Positions 50,432 to 60,329 of a stretch of 64,000 nucleotides of DNA are shown here, in pieces. The position numbers were made by a program, and so were the translations under genes. Position 1 is the stretch's first letter. Each line of letters opens with the position of its first letter. This DNA comes from Vitreimonas sp. GTDB lineage: Bacteria > Patescibacteriota > Microgenomatia > UBA1400 > PJMF01. Under the pieces are notes generated by a model. It did not search any database. It was not told the DNA's origin and was given only the letters and a program-made list of their open reading frames with translations. Location of the stretch: positions 7,269-71,268 of the forward strand of contig DASPLQ010000012.1 of the NCBI GenBank assembly GCA_035627515.1. Reading direction: 5' to 3'.

Positions 50432-50583
50432 CTTTTTCCTTGGAAGCCAAAAGACAAAGATATTATGATTTTGATCTAAGTTTCAGATTCAGTAACACTT
50501 AAATTTTCATCGCCGTTGTTCACTACTTCTAAATCAAACCAATCACCTGGCGAGGAGTGCAACCGCTCCGGGGAGAAATCATC

Positions 50584-50865
50584 CTAGTAATAATTTTTTC
50601 GCTTTAATTTCTCAATCTCTTGTGTTGCCAGAGCGTAAGCCAATTCTGGAATGTGGGATAGTAGTAATAAAGTTCTAAAAAAATTAGCTTTTAGAGAAAG
50701 ATCTAAGTACAAAGGTTCTTCGCTTGGAAGAGGCACAAATCCATTTAAGCTGACATCAGTTTTCCAACGGTCTTCTTTTTGATGAGCTATAGTTCTTAAT
50801 TTTTCTATCAAGAATGTTCTAACCGCCATTCGCTGATAAGGATTGTTGTCTAATGACATAAACAT
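50584..50865 (-). CDS. hypothetical protein
   Basis: 93-aa ORF with no motif. Confidence 0.45.
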   Translation of the reverse strand: MFMSLDNNPYQRMAVRTFLIEKLRTIAHQKEDRWKTDVSLNGFVPLPSEEPLYLDLSLKANFFRTLLLLSHIPELAYALATQEIEKLKRKNYY

Positions 50866-50994
50866 AATTGTATTTATTTATTGTCAAAATAGAGTAATAA
50901 ACAAATATTAATCTAATAAGAATGATGGGGAAATTTTTTGGAATAGTTTTATGTGAGGAGTGCTGTGTTCCCAGAAAACTATCTTCGAGTTACC

Positions 50995-51747
50995 TCAGCT
51001 CAACACCAGTTTTGCTTCTTCGTGCAAATCTGTTAAAGCTTTTTGAAGGTCTGTGTCAATTTTTGATTGATCCGTCTCTATATTTAGGGAATCAAGACGA
51101 GTAAGTAAACTTGCCCAGTTTTCAATAAATCTGTAGAACGATAGTTTGTAATACAAGACATCAGTGAGTGCGGATTCCCCTGTAATATAAAGTGACTCTA
51201 GATTAGGTCGAGTATTTAACTTAAGCATCAAAGAAACGGGAAATTGACGAGCTTTATAACTGATAGTACTTCGATAATCATCAAAGTTAACAATTCTTTT
51301 ATATTGATGATGATCTATCTGTCTGCATTTTTGGTTTACTTGCTGTGGCAATCCCGGATACTTTCTAAGTATCTCATCTGCAGCTGAGTTATTTGAAGTA
51401 GTGCTCCAAGCATGAGGTGGTATTAATTTGCCCCCAATTGTTCTAAAGGTGGGTCGGGGAGTGCGACCAAAGTCTCTTCTATAAAGCCACCAATTCTCTT
51501 GGCTGTTAAAACGGATAATATCAATTGCATCTAAATTTTTAATAAAACAGCTTAAAAAGAAATTACTAATCTCAGCGCTCGCACCCGATAGAATTAAACA
51601 TTGGGGATCAAATTCAGAAATTCTGTCACTCGCCACTGCTCCTGCTTGTTGCCAGGCTTCTTTATGCAGTTTGACTTTGAGCATGGTTCGCGGGTTTATA
51701 AACACCCCTTCAATTTTTTTTACTAATTCTGGACTGAGTTTCATCAT
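50995..51747 (-). CDS. hypothetical protein
   Basis: 250-aa ORF; weak PRTase-like loop RIVNFDDYRST. Confidence 0.6.
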   Translation of the reverse strand: MMKLSPELVKKIEGVFINPRTMLKVKLHKEAWQQAGAVASDRISEFDPQCLILSGASAEISNFFLSCFIKNLDAIDIIRFNSQENWWLYRRDFGRTPRPTFRTIGGKLIPPHAWSTTSNNSAADEILRKYPGLPQQVNQKCRQIDHHQYKRIVNFDDYRSTISYKARQFPVSLMLKLNTRPNLESLYITGESALTDVLYYKLSFYRFIENWASLLTRLDSLNIETDQSKIDTDLQKALTDLHEEAKLVLS

Positions 51748-51927
51748 TTTTCAGAGGATTAATAAAATTTTTAGTCACCGCCTATTCTAACAAAACTTAC
51801 CCAGCTCATAACACCGAAAACATAGTGCCATTTTTTTATTTATACCCTCCATCTCAAAACAAAATATCATCCTCACCAATAAAATGCTGCTTCATGATTA
51901 GCCGTAGTATAATGTGCACCTTGATTT

Positions 51928-53064
51928 ATGAAAGAACTCAAAAGAAGTGTTGAACAAAATGAGATCAGTCGAAGAACTTTCTTAAAGTGTTTAGGTTTGG
52001 GCGTAGCTATGGCAGCTAATCTCATACCAATGCTTGAAAACTCTCAAGCTGCACATGCCCAAGCTGAAGTGCTAGACGCTCAAACCTATGAGCAACTCAC
52101 TGAGATCCTAGGCTTTGAAGCAGAGTTTGTCTCACCTTGGGAAGTAGTTTCACCTGCCGTTCATATTATTCCTCACTACCTTCAGGATATAAATAATCCT
52201 TCTGATGATTTATTCGCATTGCGTGCAACAGGGTCACTTTCGGAGGACGGTCGGGTTTTGGGGGTGCTACATACTGGCATTGGGTTAATGGCTGAAACTC
52301 ACCAAGCTGCAAATTATCTGCTTGGTATTAATGGGGCTTTTGTTGACCAGCATTCTTTACAAGCTACCTTTCCCACAGCAATTAGAACTTCCAACGGCCA
52401 ACAAATGATTGATTTTCGATTGAATAAAGATGCCTCACTGGGTGTAGCTGAAAATTGGGGCAAGTACCATCCGCACAGTAGAGAGTATCATTGCCAATCA
52501 GCTAGCCACCCAAATACACCTAATAACGCTAATAATTTAGGCTTGAATCCCGATGTTCCCATGGTAACTATGAATTCTCAACCTGATTATGTAATCAATG
52601 CCTTAAAGGGCAAGCTCCCTTTTGTGAAACCATTTACCAGATATAAAGACCTCTTTAAACTTGCCCAAGGTAGAAATGACTTAGCCGTATTAGGAATTGC
52701 GATGCCTGTGGATGCTCCACCTATTGTAAGCATAGCAACCCAATCAGAGCAGTATGCTGAAATGATCAAAATTTTGCCTATTCCTGAGCTTTATAATCCA
52801 AACTATTGTATTGATGGTACTCAATATCCACGATGGAAAGCCTATGAAGGGTATTCAGGATCACCGGTTATTCCTGGACTTAAAATAAATAATCAAGTGT
52901 ACCTAATTCGTGATAAAAATAACCCAAACACCTTGCCTGCAGGAGCACTTCTTTCATTACGTAATGATCGAGGACGAACAGCAAATGAAAATTGTGAGCC
53001 TATCGAAGATGAATATGGACGTGAATTTGAAATGTTTGCTACCCAATTCTGGCCTGCTTGCTAG
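51928..53064 (+). CDS. protein with twin-arginine-like signal and possible trypsin-like serine motif
   Basis: SRRTFLK followed by hydrophobic stretch and AHA; GYSGSPV near C-terminus. Confidence 0.6.
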   Translation: MKELKRSVEQNEISRRTFLKCLGLGVAMAANLIPMLENSQAAHAQAEVLDAQTYEQLTEILGFEAEFVSPWEVVSPAVHIIPHYLQDINNPSDDLFALRATGSLSEDGRVLGVLHTGIGLMAETHQAANYLLGINGAFVDQHSLQATFPTAIRTSNGQQMIDFRLNKDASLGVAENWGKYHPHSREYHCQSASHPNTPNNANNLGLNPDVPMVTMNSQPDYVINALKGKLPFVKPFTRYKDLFKLAQGRNDLAVLGIAMPVDAPPIVSIATQSEQYAEMIKILPIPELYNPNYCIDGTQYPRWKAYEGYSGSPVIPGLKINNQVYLIRDKNNPNTLPAGALLSLRNDRGRTANENCEPIEDEYGREFEMFATQFWPAC

Positions 53065-53106
53065 CACCTTTTATTCTCACTATATTTCTTGTATATACTA
53101 TATTGA

Positions 53107-53853
53107 ATGCAAGAAGATTCTTACTTTTCTCCCTTTGCACATCCGGCTAATCGTAACGAGAGTACAGCTTCTGAAGAGAGAGCTCATAAAGTTCCCGAGG
53201 TTGCAGTATCTAAACCTATTCCTATAGAGGATCCTACTCGTCCCGGCAGAGAAGTGTTAGTTTGTCCCTATCCTGCAGCAATCTCAGTTGAAGAATGGGA
53301 CAAATATGTTAAACCCAGTGATCGCGTAGCAGTAGTGGAGCTAGAGCCAGACGGAAAACCTTGCTTGATTCTCAATGGCCCCGGACATAGTGATTGTTAT
53401 GCCATAGCTCAAAAAGCTGGACTTAGCATTTTTACTGATCATTCTCCTGCCCTGATTACAGCCCCTTTTGACGACAAAAACAGTACTAATAAGGTGAGGG
53501 GTATTCAAATTAATAATGCCACAATTTTCAGAGGTGAAACTTTTGCCAAAATGGTATTAAAAATGGTTCCTCAGGAAAGAAAAGAAGCCCAAGTCAAACT
53601 AGAAAGTGGTGAGTACGACAAAGTGATTTTCTCCAAGACAGTCGGTGAAGATACATTTGAATTAAAAGCTCCTACCCGAACTGATTTATTTGATAGAGAG
53701 AAGATGTATCAAGCAGCTCTACCAAATATGATCCAACTCCGGACGTGGGCCAGAAAAGATCCAGTGACAGGACACATCGTTCATCGATATCAAGCGCCAG
53801 GATTTTCGCAAATGTACAATGAGACCTCACCACTGTCTGCATCTGTAAGGTAA
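53107..53853 (+). CDS. hypothetical protein
   Basis: 248-aa ORF; TATACT 7 nt before ATG. Confidence 0.7.
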   Translation: MQEDSYFSPFAHPANRNESTASEERAHKVPEVAVSKPIPIEDPTRPGREVLVCPYPAAISVEEWDKYVKPSDRVAVVELEPDGKPCLILNGPGHSDCYAIAQKAGLSIFTDHSPALITAPFDDKNSTNKVRGIQINNATIFRGETFAKMVLKMVPQERKEAQVKLESGEYDKVIFSKTVGEDTFELKAPTRTDLFDREKMYQAALPNMIQLRTWARKDPVTGHIVHRYQAPGFSQMYNETSPLSASVR

Positions 53854-53903
53854 AGTTATCTGCAAAGCACCTTTGCAGCGGAAGTGTCTGAAAGCACTTA
53901 GTC

Positions 53904-54290
53904 TTACTCCAAGCTCGTATCTATTACTTTATCATTCTTAATCAATTCACGCTTATCTTCACCTGTGGGCACGAAGCGAAAAACAATAAATTTCACCACT
54001 TCAGAACTGGAGTTAATAAAGGTGTGAGGTGTATTTTCTACTTCCACCACATCACCTACACTCATCACTCGCATATGTTTTTGTCCAGCCTCATCCACCC
54101 AGTGCGCTTCGATTTCACCGGCCATCACATACAGCGTTTCTGAAATTTGACGGTGATGATGCCATTGTTGGACCGTGCCGGGTTTAATTTCGTTATAGTG
54201 CAGTTCGTATTCCGGAAAAATATAGTAGTCTACTGAAGAGCCTTCAACTTTATCGACATGGATAGCGGCCTGCTTGGGAATAATTTTCAT
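53904..54290 (-). CDS. cupin domain protein
   Basis: WHHH...ETLYVMAGE; GDVV...PHTFIN. Confidence 0.88.
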   Translation of the reverse strand: MKIIPKQAAIHVDKVEGSSVDYYIFPEYELHYNEIKPGTVQQWHHHRQISETLYVMAGEIEAHWVDEAGQKHMRVMSVGDVVEVENTPHTFINSSSEVVKFIVFRFVPTGEDKRELIKNDKVIDTSLE

Positions 54291-54374
54291 ACCGCTAGTA
54301 TACAGCGCTAAAGTATCAAATTTCAAAATTAATAATACACATTGGCTACTTATTAAGTTACAATTTCTACACTT

Positions 54375-55157
54375 ATGATAACAACAGAAAATTCAGCCAC
54401 TTTTTTCCTTAACCCCGAACATAGCAACTCTTATTTACGAGAAATATCTCAATTGATGGTCACCGCTAACCTTGAAGAATTTAGTCATTTTTTGACCACA
54501 TTATGTGAGATCAGACAGGAGAACAATCAGCCTGTGGTGGGTTTTAGCCATGAACATACAATGAGCACGTTTAATAATGCTCATTCTCATGAGGTTCAGC
54601 ATCTGAAACACATGGAACAAATAATTCATTTAAAGTTCTTCATTCAGGAGTTTGCAAATTGTGCCAATATCATGATTGGTTATGCCGGTATGTGGCCAGA
54701 CTTTAGTGATGGAGAAAAGGTATCATTTGCTCCGATGATTAATAAATATTTATCGCGATTAGTAGTAGCCTTACCCCAACTAAACCATATTCTTACTTTT
54801 GTGGACGCACAACACTTGGTTGAGTTTTATAAAGAAGCCCCGCTGTCTCAATTTAGCGTAGATCACTTTTTACAGTTGAACAGTATTAGGGAGTTGCAAG
54901 GTAACGTCACTCAGACGGCTAAAAGCATTATTAAATCGCTTTCAGTAATCAGCTCAAATGAGGCAGAAATTGATCAAGAAAAAGTGGCAATAGTGCTTGC
55001 GCAAGCTGAGCAGATAGTAAACTGGGCCGAGAGCAGCATCGAACAGATTGATCTAAGCAAAAAATATAATGAAATTGTTTTACTTTCTGGTCGAAAAAAA
55101 GCTCAGCGTATAGAACGCCAGAGAGCTGAGAAAGAAAGCAAAAACGCTCAGAATTAA
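54375..55157 (+). CDS. hypothetical helical protein
   Basis: 260-aa ORF with no motif. Confidence 0.65.
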   Translation: MITTENSATFFLNPEHSNSYLREISQLMVTANLEEFSHFLTTLCEIRQENNQPVVGFSHEHTMSTFNNAHSHEVQHLKHMEQIIHLKFFIQEFANCANIMIGYAGMWPDFSDGEKVSFAPMINKYLSRLVVALPQLNHILTFVDAQHLVEFYKEAPLSQFSVDHFLQLNSIRELQGNVTQTAKSIIKSLSVISSNEAEIDQEKVAIVLAQAEQIVNWAESSIEQIDLSKKYNEIVLLSGRKKAQRIERQRAEKESKNAQN

Positions 55158-55963
55158 TTAATCTTCACAAACGGCGTATTAGTGCCAGTCATGTAGGTAG
55201 GCAAGCGGCCGTCCCATTTTTCAATGGCGCGGAGCTCAATGACTTGAGGATTGGAACTCAAAGCCACACCTTCGATACGTTGCGCTTCGGCTTTACCTTT
55301 GGCAGCAGCCACTTGTTGCTCAGCTTCATACTTAACTTGTTCAAGTTTATTTTTGGCGGCCAAAGCATTTTGCTCAGCGGTGACTTTTTCTTCGATAGCC
55401 CGATTAAAAGAAGCAGAAAAGTCAAAATCAACGATGTTTAAATCAGAGACAGTCAAACCTTCAGTGGTTAACCGATTGCGTAACTCAGTTAAGATTTGGT
55501 CACTGACTTCACCACGTTTAGTAATTAACTCTTCAGCAGTAAAACGAGCTGTAACAGACTTTACCGATTCTTGGATGGCAGGGGAGATCAGGCGTTCACG
55601 ATACCCTTCACCGACATTTTGGTAAAGTTGGACCACTTGATTAGGGTTGACGGCGTAATTAACAGCCACCACTGAAGATACTGATTGTAAATCTTTAGAA
55701 GCCGCAGTAGCAGAAACTTCTTCTTTTTGAATCCGAACTTCAATATTTTTGTTACCTTCTACAAAAGGGATACGGAAGTGAATACCTTCACCACGTAATT
55801 GACCAGTAATAGCTCCAAAGCGAGTCACCACACCGCGATGACCAACGGGGACCATTACGATGGGATTGGCAATCACAAACAACAGCCAGGCTACAAATAA
55901 GCCTAAACCAAGTTTCAAAACATTTAACTGACCAACACGAGTCAAAAGGGTATCATTTTGCAT
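55154..55963 (-). CDS. prohibitin/SPFH (band 7) family protein
   Basis: GHRGVVTRFG, EGIHFRIPF, ASKDLQ, AIEEKVTAEQ, IEKWDGRLP. Confidence 0.93.
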   Translation of the reverse strand: MQNDTLLTRVGQLNVLKLGLGLFVAWLLFVIANPIVMVPVGHRGVVTRFGAITGQLRGEGIHFRIPFVEGNKNIEVRIQKEEVSATAASKDLQSVSSVVAVNYAVNPNQVVQLYQNVGEGYRERLISPAIQESVKSVTARFTAEELITKRGEVSDQILTELRNRLTTEGLTVSDLNIVDFDFSASFNRAIEEKVTAEQNALAAKNKLEQVKYEAEQQVAAAKGKAEAQRIEGVALSSNPQVIELRAIEKWDGRLPTYMTGTNTPFVKIN

Positions 55964-56013
55964 GACCCAATTATAACCCGAACAGCTATGTTTTGCAAGT
56001 TATAGGCTTAAAA

Positions 56014-56835
56014 TTAAATCGGCTTGATCTCAAACTCGGTGCCACCTTCTGGATAGTCAAACCGCACAGAGGCAGTTTTTTCTTTCATATGATGCACGCG
56101 TAAGAAGAACTCAATGAACGGATCATCATAACCAGATGAACCGGCATTAACTGCTAATACACCCCGAGGCACTGTGAAACCGCCTTTGGCGATCACACCT
56201 AACATACTGACCCCATTCAAAATCACTTGGACTTTGTCACCGGCTTTGAGCTTCATTTTATCAATGTCGGATTGACGCATGGTGGTTTTGATGTTGCCAA
56301 AACCGTCAGTCCAGGCTGTTAAGTTATGAGGAATGTCGGGGATTTCATTGACGTCGAGTTCTCGGGTCAATACCGAGCGATCGCCATCGATCAAGCGGGC
56401 CACACGCTCGGGGAAGAAGTCACGAGAGCGGAACTGTGAACCTTCCGCTGGGCAATCAATGTCACGGAACTCCACAATGTGTTTTTTCACAAAGCCAAAT
56501 GCATACTCTGAGTACACATTAATAATCTCGACGCCATTATCTAACCGAGCATACTTAATACCATGATCAATATTATTTTTCATGGCTTTGCTGGTATCGC
56601 GACGAGGCGCAGCATTGCCGTAAATAAATTTCTTACCCTTGTGAGGAGCAAAGGCCACTTGAGCAGTCACAAAGCCCACTGCCATGGTGTCCAAAGAGGG
56701 CACAGAGGTAGGGTGAATCCGCACTCCGTGCGGCTTGCTCAGGTTATATTGGAGCATGTTACTAATTTCGGCAAACTCCAAGCCGTTGGGGGCGTAATCA
56801 CAGATTACGTGTAAAATGATCGAGTCTTGTGACAT
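56014..56835 (-). CDS. SAM hydrolase / SAM-dependent halogenase (DUF62-like) family protein
   Basis: N-terminal CDY; QFRSRDFFP; DGFGNIKT; GSSG. Confidence 0.7.
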   Translation of the reverse strand: MSQDSIILHVICDYAPNGLEFAEISNMLQYNLSKPHGVRIHPTSVPSLDTMAVGFVTAQVAFAPHKGKKFIYGNAAPRRDTSKAMKNNIDHGIKYARLDNGVEIINVYSEYAFGFVKKHIVEFRDIDCPAEGSQFRSRDFFPERVARLIDGDRSVLTRELDVNEIPDIPHNLTAWTDGFGNIKTTMRQSDIDKMKLKAGDKVQVILNGVSMLGVIAKGGFTVPRGVLAVNAGSSGYDDPFIEFFLRVHHMKEKTASVRFDYPEGGTEFEIKPI

Positions 56836-56962
56836 AGTGTCTCGTAAGCTCTTGAGTAATTGTTAGTAAGACCGTTGCGCAACGTACTCAGTTTTGCACA
56901 ACGACCTCTCGATTCTAAACCTTCTATCTGGTTTTGCCAATCTACAGTGTATAATCGCCACC

Positions 56963-58006
56963 ATGCCTAAAACCTCAACACCAAAAACCAAATCAGCCGC
57001 TGCACATGATCACAGTCATCACGATCACGACCATAACCATGATCATGACCACAGTCATGCTCCTGCTGCGTCTCAAAATACTGCCATCGGCCCTAATACC
57101 GTCATCAAACTGACCTTAGCGTGGAAAACCGTGGAACCGGTCTATACCAAAATCCGCCAGCGCTTAGCTCAACGCGTCAAGTTACCAGGCTTTCGAGCTG
57201 GCAAAGCCCCCACTGCGTTAGCAGAAGGCGCCGTTGGTCAGGAAAAAATTCTCGATGCCGTTTTAGAGCAGCTTTTACCAGCGGTTTACACCGAAGCCGT
57301 CACTAAAGCCAAAAAAGTTCCGCTCACTAACCCTGATATCAAGCCGATCAGTCTTCACATTGGCCAAGACTGGGAGCTCGAAGCTCAAATTGCTGAAGCA
57401 CCAGAGGTTAAACTAGGTGATTATAAAAAAATTGTTACAGAAGCTAAAAAAGAAGCCGCCAAGCAAGTTGCTGAAATAGAGAAAAAACAAGCAGAAGAGA
57501 GTAAAAAAACCACTTCTAAAGATAAAAAGGGGAGTGCTGACACTCAAACTCCACCAGCACCTACTACCCGACCTTTGACCGATGATGACAAAAAAGAGCT
57601 CAATTTACGAGCCATTTTTGCTCACTTGATCCGCACAATCAATCCTACCGTACCTGAGTTGTTAGTTAGAGAAGAGACCCGTCATGATCTGCACCACTTG
57701 GTAGAAAAACTCGAACAGCTCAAACTCAGCTTAGACGAGTATCTGACTCGCCGCGGAATGACGTTTGAACAGCTGTCGGGTGAGTTAGCTGCCACGGCAT
57801 TGGCTCGGATTCAACTGGACTTCATTTTGAGTACCATTTCAAACACCGAAAAAATAGTACCGACCGATGCTGATGTCGAAGCGCAAATTCAAAAGATCCA
57901 AGATGAGAAATTACGCGCCGAACAAGCTCAAAATGACGAGTACCGTCGCTACGTAAAAGGTGTCTTAACCCGCCAGCACACGGTTGATTTTTTGGCACAA
58001 CTCTAA
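56963..58006 (+). CDS. tig: trigger factor (ribosome-binding and C-terminal domains, no PPIase domain)
   Basis: PGFRAGKAP signature; PEVKLGDYK; His-rich N-terminus; start follows TATAAT. Confidence 0.88.
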   Translation: MPKTSTPKTKSAAAHDHSHHDHDHNHDHDHSHAPAASQNTAIGPNTVIKLTLAWKTVEPVYTKIRQRLAQRVKLPGFRAGKAPTALAEGAVGQEKILDAVLEQLLPAVYTEAVTKAKKVPLTNPDIKPISLHIGQDWELEAQIAEAPEVKLGDYKKIVTEAKKEAAKQVAEIEKKQAEESKKTTSKDKKGSADTQTPPAPTTRPLTDDDKKELNLRAIFAHLIRTINPTVPELLVREETRHDLHHLVEKLEQLKLSLDEYLTRRGMTFEQLSGELAATALARIQLDFILSTISNTEKIVPTDADVEAQIQKIQDEKLRAEQAQNDEYRRYVKGVLTRQHTVDFLAQL

Positions 58007-58169
58007 TTGGGCGGCTCGGTCCTTCCTTTTTCCAGGCATCGTCTTACTCACCAGATGTGTAGAGCTCGCTATGCAAGGGTGGTATTTTCTGCTATAGTAC
58101 ATCCAAAGTACCCAGGCTTGACTTCTCGAGGAAAATAGCCTATAATTATTTTCTTCAAATTAATTTTGT

Positions 58170-58841
58170 ATGAGTAGCATGGCTCAATCACTACCAAACC
58201 CAGCTAAACGTTCACAACCTGTGAATCCGTTTGCGCGGGCTTTGGCGGAAACTGAGCAGGCTATGTCTGGCCCCTCCACTCAGCCCACCGATGCTTTAAA
58301 TCCCTTCAGTGATGCTTTATCTAAAACGGGTGGTAACTACGATTTTTCTCAAGGCAATGATCAAAATGCTTTAGAGCAACAACAGAAAATGATGGAAGAG
58401 CAACGCAAAAAAGAGATGATGCGTCGTAAACTCCATGATCAAATTAACCCCGTCAACACACATGAGTTATTCAGTTCTCGCGAAAAGAAAGTCAAAGAAG
58501 AAATCGATAAACTCCGCGAGGAACTCAAGATGTTGGCTAAAGACGTGGCCAAGTTCCACAAAGATGTAGAAGTGACCTTGATGACCGAGGTCGTTGATCC
58601 TGGCCAAGATGGCAAGTATTACCTTACTTTCTTCCAAAAGTTACGCACCTTCATCATGTTGTTACGCCAAAAAATCAAGAGTGCTGCCACCTGGGCAACA
58701 CAAATGCACTCCAAAAAGAGCAAGAAAAAGAAACGTAAGGGTGCAGCCGGGATGATCATCGGCGGCGCTGACCACGAAAAGACGACCACTGTCCAAGACA
58801 TGATGCACCACGAGCGCAATAGCCAATATAGTGGTGGTTAA
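58170..58841 (+). CDS. CPR-type conserved protein (DUF5660-like)
   Basis: Coiled coil; PG...YYLTFFQKL...ATW; basic patch; family call from memory. Confidence 0.6.
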   Translation: MSSMAQSLPNPAKRSQPVNPFARALAETEQAMSGPSTQPTDALNPFSDALSKTGGNYDFSQGNDQNALEQQQKMMEEQRKKEMMRRKLHDQINPVNTHELFSSREKKVKEEIDKLREELKMLAKDVAKFHKDVEVTLMTEVVDPGQDGKYYLTFFQKLRTFIMLLRQKIKSAATWATQMHSKKSKKKKRKGAAGMIIGGADHEKTTTVQDMMHHERNSQYSGG

Positions 58842-58849
58842 TGGTTAGT

Positions 58850-58949
58850 TATCTGCTAAGGTCCTTCTCTTAGCACCGTCAAATTTAGGCATGCCACAGA
58901 ATGACACCAAAAGATGCCCAAAAGTGAACCACAATGGCACCACAAAAAT
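58850..58949. repeat. dispersed intergenic element, copy B (inverted relative to A)
   Basis: Reverse-complement similarity to 46202..46305. Confidence 0.75.
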
Positions 58950-59041
58950 AGAGAGCTTCTAACGAACGTGCTCTCACCTCACCACTCAAACCCCACACTT
59001 TGATAAACGCAATTTCTCGGTTATAATCTAGGTTCTTATAC

Positions 59042-59115
59042 GGACGGTTAGCTCAGTTGGTTAGAGCGCTTCATTGACATTGAAGAGGTCACAGGTTCGA
59101 GTCCTGTATCGTCCA
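59042..59115 (+). tRNA. tRNA-Val (GAC)
   Basis: Acceptor GGACGGT/ATCGTCC, anticodon arm CTTCA-TTGACAT-TGAAG, T-arm ACAGG-TTCGAGT-CCTGT. Confidence 0.96.
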
Positions 59116-59133
59116 CCTGATGAGATCACTCAC

Positions 59134-60309
59134 TTAGCCACCTGGTTTCCGATAAATAATTTTACCTGCCACCCGTAATAAACCCCGGTTTTTACGATCA
59201 ATTAATGCTTGAGCTAACTCGGGAGAACCGACAATAATAGAGACATCACTATCATCGGAATCAATGTAAAATCTACCCACATTTTCTAGTGTTGGAAACC
59301 ACTCCAAAAATTGTTCTAAACTCGTCATATACTCACACTGCATGCCCCCTTCAATTTCACTCAATAGTGGTGCATTAACCACTTCTATTTTTCCTCGCAG
59401 ACGAAAATCACTATTCATCTTAGTTAATTTAGGAATCTGGAACGTATGTACATGCCTCAGCTCCACATCCCCTAAACATGTTTTTAGTTCTGGCAAATTG
59501 ACTGTTCCCGGACAATCATTTATCACCATGATGTCACTTACACTTTGTCCCATAATCTCGAGTGATGGTAAAAAAACTTCAGGAACATTCATAATCATCA
59601 TCCATGACACTACGAAACGTAATTTGGTGAATTCTAATCTCCCGACATTGATGAGCTCTAATGACTCCAACTGATCGAGTTCTGGCATACTTACCGATTC
59701 TATATGTTGCAGATCGACGAATTTGCCACTATGAGCCTTTTCAAAGTTGATGTTTACAGGACTCCTCGAAGTTTTGTTATCCATAGCAGGGATATTCGGA
59801 TCTGTATCGGTTTTATGGGCAATCAAGCGAGTGAAAATTCCTAAGTGAGGGGCAGTAAGCTCGAAGTTGTCCGAGGCTGTGACTGGCAATTGTAAATCAC
59901 CAAAGCTCTGCACATTTTTTAAGGACTTACCTAAAGATCGATCCCAGGTTATGCTACCCATCCAAGTAATGATCATTTCTGGCCAATAATTTTTTACTCG
60001 AGCGTTTACTGGCCGGGAAACCAACATTTGAAGATGACGATTTTTTACAGAGTATTTAAAGCTAATACTGTCTTTAAAATCCACATTGTTTTCTACCCAT
60101 TTCTCAGCCAAAGTTTTTTTCTTAGCTTCCAACTCTTGATCAAATAGCAACTTTCTATCCGATAATTTTCCCAAACGGAGCTGCACCTCTGAGACCTGAG
60201 CCTCACTCGCACCATGAGCGAACATCTTCTCTAGCTCTGCTTCAAGGGAATGAACTTCAGCTTTAATCTCGGCTAAAGTTGATTGAAATATCGGACAACT
60301 GTGATTCAT
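59134..60309 (-). CDS. LRR-like repeat protein, array 2
   Basis: MNHSCPIF; YWPEMI; LPxL repeats; WFPTL. Confidence 0.75.
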   Translation of the reverse strand: MNHSCPIFQSTLAEIKAEVHSLEAELEKMFAHGASEAQVSEVQLRLGKLSDRKLLFDQELEAKKKTLAEKWVENNVDFKDSISFKYSVKNRHLQMLVSRPVNARVKNYWPEMIITWMGSITWDRSLGKSLKNVQSFGDLQLPVTASDNFELTAPHLGIFTRLIAHKTDTDPNIPAMDNKTSRSPVNINFEKAHSGKFVDLQHIESVSMPELDQLESLELINVGRLEFTKLRFVVSWMMIMNVPEVFLPSLEIMGQSVSDIMVINDCPGTVNLPELKTCLGDVELRHVHTFQIPKLTKMNSDFRLRGKIEVVNAPLLSEIEGGMQCEYMTSLEQFLEWFPTLENVGRFYIDSDDSDVSIIVGSPELAQALIDRKNRGLLRVAGKIIYRKPGG

Positions 60310-60329
60310 CTGTTAACTATATGCTCTTG

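Noticed and set aside
50545-50580. GC-rich hairpin GGAGTG-CAAC-CGCTCC as a ribozyme or riboswitch
   Set aside because: Too short; no recognisable consensus; could be a terminator-like hairpin
53854-53878. AGTTATCTGCAAAG-cac-CTTTGCAG hairpin resembling the start of repeat copy B
   Set aside because: Similarity is only ~10 nt; most simply a terminator hairpin between convergent genes
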